DNA from: Mycolicibacterium smegmatis
Lineage (GTDB): Bacteria > Actinomycetota > Actinomycetes > Mycobacteriales > Mycobacteriaceae
Length of the DNA: 32,000 nucleotides
Assembly: GCF_001457595.1 (NCBI RefSeq)
Contig: NZ_LN831039.1
Coordinates: 2,910,001-2,942,000, forward strand
Reading direction: 5' to 3'
Each line of letters begins with the position of its first letter. Positions within the stretch are counted from its first letter, which is position 1. A model generated the notes under the pieces. The model worked only from the letters and a program-made list of their open reading frames with translations. It was not told the origin of the DNA and searched no databases. The position numbers and the translations under genes were made by a program. Of the stretch, positions 27,219 through 32,000 are shown piece by piece.

Positions 27219-27665
27219 ATGCCCAACGTTTATTACAGCAGGATCATCGCCGCACCGGCAGCCGGCGTGTGGAAGATCGTCGGCGACTTCGGATCCCTCC
27301 CTGTCTGGTTTCCCTTCGTCACAGCGAGCGAACTGGATCCGCCGGGCGGCCGGCGAGAGGTCGGCGCCTTGCGCACCAACCACATCGACGACGGAACGGT
27401 GGTCGTGGAACGGCTCGTCGAGCTGTCGGATCGTGATCGACGTGTCACATACGACGTCGTCGGCGGTCATGCGCCGGTGCAGAATTACACCGCGACCATC
27501 ACCGTTCACGAGATCTCCGACCAGGAAGCGTGTTTCGTTACCTGGACCGCTTCATTCGACGTCATCGGTGACGCGGATTCCATCGTGGATTGGGTGCGCA
27601 ACGGGATCTTCCGTGACTGTCTGGCAGAACTCGAGCGCGTCCTGGGCGTCACCGCACCAGCATGA
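27219..27665 (+). CDS. SRPBCC / polyketide cyclase-like protein
   Basis: MPNVYYSRIIAAPAAGVWKIVGDFGSLPVWFPFVTASELD..., START/Bet v1-like fold signature. Confidence 0.87.
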   Translation: MPNVYYSRIIAAPAAGVWKIVGDFGSLPVWFPFVTASELDPPGGRREVGALRTNHIDDGTVVVERLVELSDRDRRVTYDVVGGHAPVQNYTATITVHEISDQEACFVTWTASFDVIGDADSIVDWVRNGIFRDCLAELERVLGVTAPA

Positions 27666-28787
27666 CAGCGGGGGATCTCCAGCACCGCGGCATGTCGACT
27701 CGTCAGACGGTCCTGTTTGCGCTCGCCGGCGCAGTGGCAGTCGGCAACCTGTACTACACCCAGCCGCTACTGCACGTCATCGGCGTCAGCTTGCACACCG
27801 ACGTAGGGCATGCCGGTTTCCTCGTCACGGCGACGCAGATTGGCTACTCGCTGGGCGTGCTGCTGCTTGTGCCGCTCGGCGACAGTCGCGACCGCCGCCG
27901 CCTGATCCCGACCTTGATGTTGCTGTCGGCGGCTGCGCTGACCTGGTGCGCGGTGGCGCCGACCCTGTCGGCGCTTGCCGTGGCAAGTCTCGCGCTGGGG
28001 CTGACCACGGTGTCAGGTCAGCTGTTGACCCCGCTGGCGGGTGATCTCGCCGATGACCGTAGCCGTGGACGCGTGGTCGGGATCGTAGTTTCGGGTCTCG
28101 TCACCGGCATCTTGGTCTCCCGAATTGCCGGCGGTGTCATCGCGGGTGCCTGGGGTTGGCGCGCTGTCTTCGCGATCGCTGCGGCGATCACTGCGGTCCT
28201 GGCCCTCGTGCTCGCCGCTGCCGTTCCACGGGTGCCGCCCACCACGCGCGTCGCGTATCCGAAGCACGATGTTCTGGACCGCGCTGACCTTCCTGCTCAG
28301 CGGTGCGCCGTATGACTTCACCGCATGGCAGATCGGCCTGGTCGGCGTTGCGGGTCTGGTCGGCGCACTCGCCGCACAGGGCGCCGGGCGCCTGCACGAT
28401 CGCGGCCGAAACGTGGCAGCCACGGGAGCGTGCTGGTGCCTCGGGCTCGCTGCATGGGCGGTCGCGGCGGTGTCCCACAATCTTCTGATCGGGATCATCG
28501 TCGCGGCCATCGTCCTCGACGTCTCCGTTCAGGGCCTCAACATCCTGAACCAATCACGCGTGTTCGTGGTGGCACAGGAGGCGCGCAGCCGGGTCAATAC
28601 CGCCTACGTCACCGCCAATTTCGTTGGGGGAACAGGCGGGTCGCTGGCCGCTGCAGTGCTGTGGAGCGTCGGCGGGTGGTCGGCGATCACGGTGGCGGGC
28701 GCAGCCATGTCGGTCCTCGGCTGTGCAGTCTGGGCGGCGGCCCGGCGCGGAGCGCTGAGGGCGAGTCGAGACGTGCACACGTCGTGA
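27662..28787 (+). pseudogene. MFS efflux transporter, interrupted at the central loop/TM7 (apparent internal deletion plus frame change)
   Basis: Frame 2 gives TM1-6 (TVLFALAGAVAVGNLYYTQPLL ... LALVLAAAVPRVPPTTRVAYP); coding then resumes in frame 0 at FWTALTFLLSGAPYDFTAWQIGLVGVAGLVGALAAQGAGRL ... ARRGALRASRDVHTS*. Junction about 28258-28272. Confidence 0.82.
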
Positions 28788-28860
28788 ACGCAGCATTCTG
28801 TTGTGGCCGTTTCCCCGCCTCGTCGGTGGCGCAGCGCTTCCCGCGTTGTGGCGTCTTTCG

Positions 28861-29727
28861 TCAAATGCAAGTGATCCAGCGGTCGGCGAGGGCGTCCACC
28901 CAGTCGGCGGCCACGTCGGGATCCTGCGGTGGGGATTCCACGATCACCAACTCGTCGACACCGAGATCGACCAGTGCCGGGATGCCGCCGACCGCCGGTG
29001 CCTGAAGAGCTACCGCGCAGTGCAGGTCATCGACGTCGCGACCGGCGCGCGCGCAAAGGCGCCGTAGCATGTCCATCCGTTCGCCGACCGCGGCGACGCC
29101 GTCCAGGTTGAATCCGTACCAACCGTCACCCCAGGAAGCGACGCGCGCCAAGGCGCGATCACCGTTGCCACCGACAATGATCGGGATGGAACCCGCCGAC
29201 GGCTTCGGGTGTAGGCGCACCGCGTCGAAGGCGGCGAACTCACCGGTGAAGTCGGCGACATCCTGCCGCCACAGGGTGCGCATGGCCTCGACGTACTCTG
29301 CCGTCCGGGCGCCACGTCGGGCGAACGGGACGCCGAGGGCCTCGAATTCCTCACGCGACCAACCGATACCGACACCGAGGAGCAGTCGTCCGCCGCTGAG
29401 TTGGTCCACCGACGCGGCCTGCTTCGCCATGATCACCGGGTTGTGTTCCGGCAGCAACAGCACTCCGGTCGCGATGTGAATCGTCGACGTCGCCGCTGCG
29501 GCGAAACTCAACGCGATCATCGGGTCCAGCCAGTCGGCATCGGCAGCTACCGCGATGCGGCCGTCGGCCGAGTACGGATAGCGTGACCGGGGACGGTCCA
29601 CCATCACGACGTGCTCACCGCACCACAGCGTGGTGAAACCTGCGCGCTCGGCGGCCACCGCGACAGCGTCGATGATCTCACGCCGGGCGCCGGCGCCAAT
29701 GCCCAACGCGTGCAGGGAGATTTGCAT
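28861..29727 (-). CDS. LLM-class (F420-dependent) oxidoreductase
   Basis: AERAGFTTLWCGEHVV, TGVLLLPEHNPVIMAKQAASVDQLSGGRLLLGVGIGWSREEFEALGVPFARRGAR, HPKPSAGSIPIIVGGNG. Confidence 0.93.
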   Translation of the reverse strand: MQISLHALGIGAGARREIIDAVAVAAERAGFTTLWCGEHVVMVDRPRSRYPYSADGRIAVAADADWLDPMIALSFAAAATSTIHIATGVLLLPEHNPVIMAKQAASVDQLSGGRLLLGVGIGWSREEFEALGVPFARRGARTAEYVEAMRTLWRQDVADFTGEFAAFDAVRLHPKPSAGSIPIIVGGNGDRALARVASWGDGWYGFNLDGVAAVGERMDMLRRLCARAGRDVDDLHCAVALQAPAVGGIPALVDLGVDELVIVESPPQDPDVAADWVDALADRWITCI

Positions 29728-29749
29728 CCGCGTATCCTCTCTCGTCTTT

Positions 29750-30622
29750 CTAGGTTGTCAAGGAAGGCGCCGGAACGGCTTTCTCGCTCCATCCGGGCGG
29801 ACCGACGACGTAACCGAACCGGGCCCGCCACGTCTTGGCGTGCGCGACATCGCGCAGCATGGCCACCGTCTCCAGGTAGTTGAACTTGACCGGGTTCTGT
29901 GACCCGACGTCGTGAATCAAGCCGTAGCGGACCGGTTCGACTTCCGCGGCATAGGTGCCGAACAGTCGATCCCACACGATGAACACTCCGCCGTAATTCT
30001 TGTCGATGTATGACTTGTTCGAGCCGTGGTGCACGCGGTGATGAGACGGCGTGTTGAACATGAATTCCCAAGCCGGCCAGAGCTTCTCGATACGTTCGGT
30101 ATGGCACGGGATCGGGAAGAGCAGCCCGGCGGTGTTGAGGACGAAGATCATCCACACGGGAAATCCGAGAAGGGCCACGGGTACCCACGCAAGGCTTCGC
30201 AACGTGTAGGACACCGGGTGAAACCACGGCAGTCGAAGGTTGGTCGACAGGTTGAAGAACCTGCTGGCGTGGTGCACGCTGTGCGCCGTCCACAGCAGCC
30301 GCACACGGTGGTCGGCGCGATGCGCCCAGTAGTAGCAGAAGTCCGTGGCGATCAGGCAGGCCACCCAGACCCACCAGTGACGAGGAGACAGCCGCAACGG
30401 GGTCAGCGACGACGCGATCACGATCGTCGAGAACGGCAGCAGGTACTGCCCGGCGAACTTGAATGCCGCGTTGAGCGCGTAGGTCGCCCAGTTGCCCGCA
30501 TAGTCGCGCGCCGAGAACTTCTGCGCATATTGCGGATCCCGTCGTTCGTCGAGCCACTCGACGAACGACAGCACCACAAAGGCCGGAGCGGTCCACAGCA
30601 GCATTGTCATCGTGATGTCCAT
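29750..30622 (-). CDS. sterol desaturase / fatty acid hydroxylase superfamily membrane protein
   Basis: His-box motifs HRADH, HSVHH and HRVHHG in a multi-TM context; start MDITMTMLLWTAPAF (cat 30620-30622). Confidence 0.9.
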   Translation of the reverse strand: MDITMTMLLWTAPAFVVLSFVEWLDERRDPQYAQKFSARDYAGNWATYALNAAFKFAGQYLLPFSTIVIASSLTPLRLSPRHWWVWVACLIATDFCYYWAHRADHRVRLLWTAHSVHHASRFFNLSTNLRLPWFHPVSYTLRSLAWVPVALLGFPVWMIFVLNTAGLLFPIPCHTERIEKLWPAWEFMFNTPSHHRVHHGSNKSYIDKNYGGVFIVWDRLFGTYAAEVEPVRYGLIHDVGSQNPVKFNYLETVAMLRDVAHAKTWRARFGYVVGPPGWSEKAVPAPSLTT

Positions 30623-30775
30623 GGCAATCGACGGTAGAAATCTCGAGCCGACGAAACATCGCCCGTCGGAGCGATTTCGTGTCCCCCGCGAGAGGGATGC
30701 GTCCGCGGTGCCGGGCCGCCGATGCTGTCTCAACTTCCGGCTGTGTCGGGGCTGCGGCGAGTATTCTCGCCTGGC

Positions 30776-31933
30776 ATGGCCACCGGCGAGCTCAGCGGCG
30801 CGCGGCGGTCGTTGGCCCGTCAGTCGGTGGTGATCGCACTTCTGGCGGCCGCGGTGGACGTCGGCATCTTCGTCTCGTCCGGAATCTTCCGGGTTGCGTT
30901 CGCGTCGGCTTGCGCCATGACCGTCCTCTTGGTGTTGGCCGATCTGGCGTTGGCGCTGCCTGCCCACGCGACGGCCGTTGTGGCAATCGTCCAAGTGGTC
31001 ATCAGATTGGCGGTGTGCTGGCTGCTCAGTCGGCACGGCCTCGCCGCAGGCATAGGCGACGTCGGCATACTCGTCGCCGGCTACCGCGTGGGCGCCTGGT
31101 TACCCACCCGCGTCGCACTGCTCGTGGTGCCGGTGCTGGCGGCGGGTGTGTCCGGTGCGGCGGTGATCAACGGCGCTGGACGGACCTGGCGGGAGGTTGT
31201 GCTCATCGCCGTGTCGAATGCGGTGGTGCCGTGGCTGGTGGGTCGGTACACGGCAGCAGGCCGAGCATACGTCGACCAACTCGAACGGCATCAACAGCAG
31301 CAGCAGGCAGCGCTGGAACGCGCCTTGGCCGACGAACGGGAGGCCATCGCCCGCGATCTTCACGACGTCATCTCGCATCACGTGAGCGCCGTCGGCATCC
31401 ATGCCGGGGCGGCTCGGTTGGCGCTCGGCACAGATCCAGATGCGGTCGCCCGGTCACTGGCCGCCGTCGAGTCGGCCAGCCGCTCAGCCATGATGGACCT
31501 CCGTCGCCAACTCGACCTGCTGCACGGTGCCGACAGCGCGGGGGAGCGTCAGCCCGGCCTCGCCAACGTGTCCCACCTGGTCGATACCGTCCGCCAGGCC
31601 GGGTTGTCGGTGGAGCTCGAGCTTCCCGATGCCATGCCGGCGTTGTCGCAGTCCCTCGACGTCACGGTTTACCGCATCGTGCAGGAACTGCTGACGAATG
31701 CGCTGCGTCACGGTGACGGGACGGCGCGGCTGCAGGTGCGGCGCACAATCAACGAGGTGATCATCGACGCTTCGAATCCCATTGCCGACGGGAGATTCTC
31801 GGGGGAGTCACCGGGGCGCGGCCGGGCCGGTGTGCGGCGCCGCGCGGAACTCTTCGGGGGAACAATGCGAGATGGCAGCGACGACGGAGTGCGGTGGCGC
31901 ACCGTGGTGTCGATCCCTGTTCCGCCGTCATGA
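30776..31933 (+). CDS. membrane sensor histidine kinase, NarL/DesK type
   Basis: N-terminal TM helices, then EREAIARDLHDVISHHVSAVGIHAGAARLAL and VYRIVQELLTNALRHG. Start 30776 (MATGELSG) preferred over 30722. Confidence 0.9.
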   Translation: MATGELSGARRSLARQSVVIALLAAAVDVGIFVSSGIFRVAFASACAMTVLLVLADLALALPAHATAVVAIVQVVIRLAVCWLLSRHGLAAGIGDVGILVAGYRVGAWLPTRVALLVVPVLAAGVSGAAVINGAGRTWREVVLIAVSNAVVPWLVGRYTAAGRAYVDQLERHQQQQQAALERALADEREAIARDLHDVISHHVSAVGIHAGAARLALGTDPDAVARSLAAVESASRSAMMDLRRQLDLLHGADSAGERQPGLANVSHLVDTVRQAGLSVELELPDAMPALSQSLDVTVYRIVQELLTNALRHGDGTARLQVRRTINEVIIDASNPIADGRFSGESPGRGRAGVRRRAELFGGTMRDGSDDGVRWRTVVSIPVPPS

Positions 31934-32000
31934 CCTCGCCGATCCGCACGCTCGTCGCCGACGACCATGCCATGTTCCGCGCGGGTCTGCGCGCGGTTCT
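31930..32000 (+). CDS. response regulator, N-terminal fragment (continues beyond window)
   Basis: MTSPIRTLVADDHAMFRAGLRAV, an ATGA overlap with the upstream kinase stop. Confidence 0.88.
   Translation, partial: MTSPIRTLVADDHAMFRAGLRAV

Noticed and set aside
22952-28787. Possible defence or toxin-antitoxin system among the small hypothetical genes and the regulatory cassette
   Set aside because: The two small hypotheticals (23435-23740, 23775-24107) are on the same strand but show no toxin, nuclease or antitoxin motifs; neighbours are ordinary regulatory and metabolic families.
1-32000. CRISPR arrays, transposases/IS ends, phage genes, tRNA/rRNA
   Set aside because: No regularly spaced repeats, transposase/integrase motifs or tRNA-like cloverleaf seen by eye in the intergenic regions. 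tRNAscan-SE and Infernal runs would be needed to exclude small RNAs formally.

Overview
GC-rich mycobacterial chromosomal DNA, most likely Mycolicibacterium smegmatis or a close relative (inferred from gene order and protein character; no search was run). Positions 1 to about 14.3 kb hold a conserved core block that matches, from recall, the M. tuberculosis Rv2682c-Rv2667 neighbourhood: dxs 3' end, RNase D, DUF3000, hemE, hemY/cgoX, chdC/hemQ, small secreted protein, msrB, aftC, secreted hydrolase, ribD-like reductase, ZapE/AFG1 ATPase, GNAT, secreted protein, PNPOx-like protein and clpC2. An alpha/beta hydrolase sits between dxs and RNase D. The rest is more variable: a PrrB-like orphan sensor kinase, an FCD/GntR regulator divergent from a CynX/NimT-like MFS, a SLAC1/TehA-like transporter with an apparent 1-bp frameshift, a LysR regulator, a type I DAHP synthase, an FMN reductase, a PAS kinase/LuxR regulator pair, SDR and SRPBCC genes, an MFS gene broken near its midpoint, an LLM oxidoreductase, a sterol-desaturase-like hydroxylase, and a second NarL-type kinase whose regulator runs off the window. 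The strongest observation is a probable ribosome-mediated attenuator upstream of the DAHP synthase gene: an apparently leaderless 13-codon ORF, (V/M)TIGVCASYWRFI*, containing Tyr-Trp-Arg-Phe. Its last codons form the 5' arm of a 16-bp interrupted hairpin, and a 9-nt element has a perfect alternative partner downstream. Also notable are two tandem CGTCAAC-N5-GTTGACG palindromes at the clpC2 start, where ClpC2 carries an HTH-like N-terminal segment, two disrupted transporter genes, and a possible PhoP-type direct repeat. No CRISPR array, transposase, tRNA, rRNA or convincing defence system was found.
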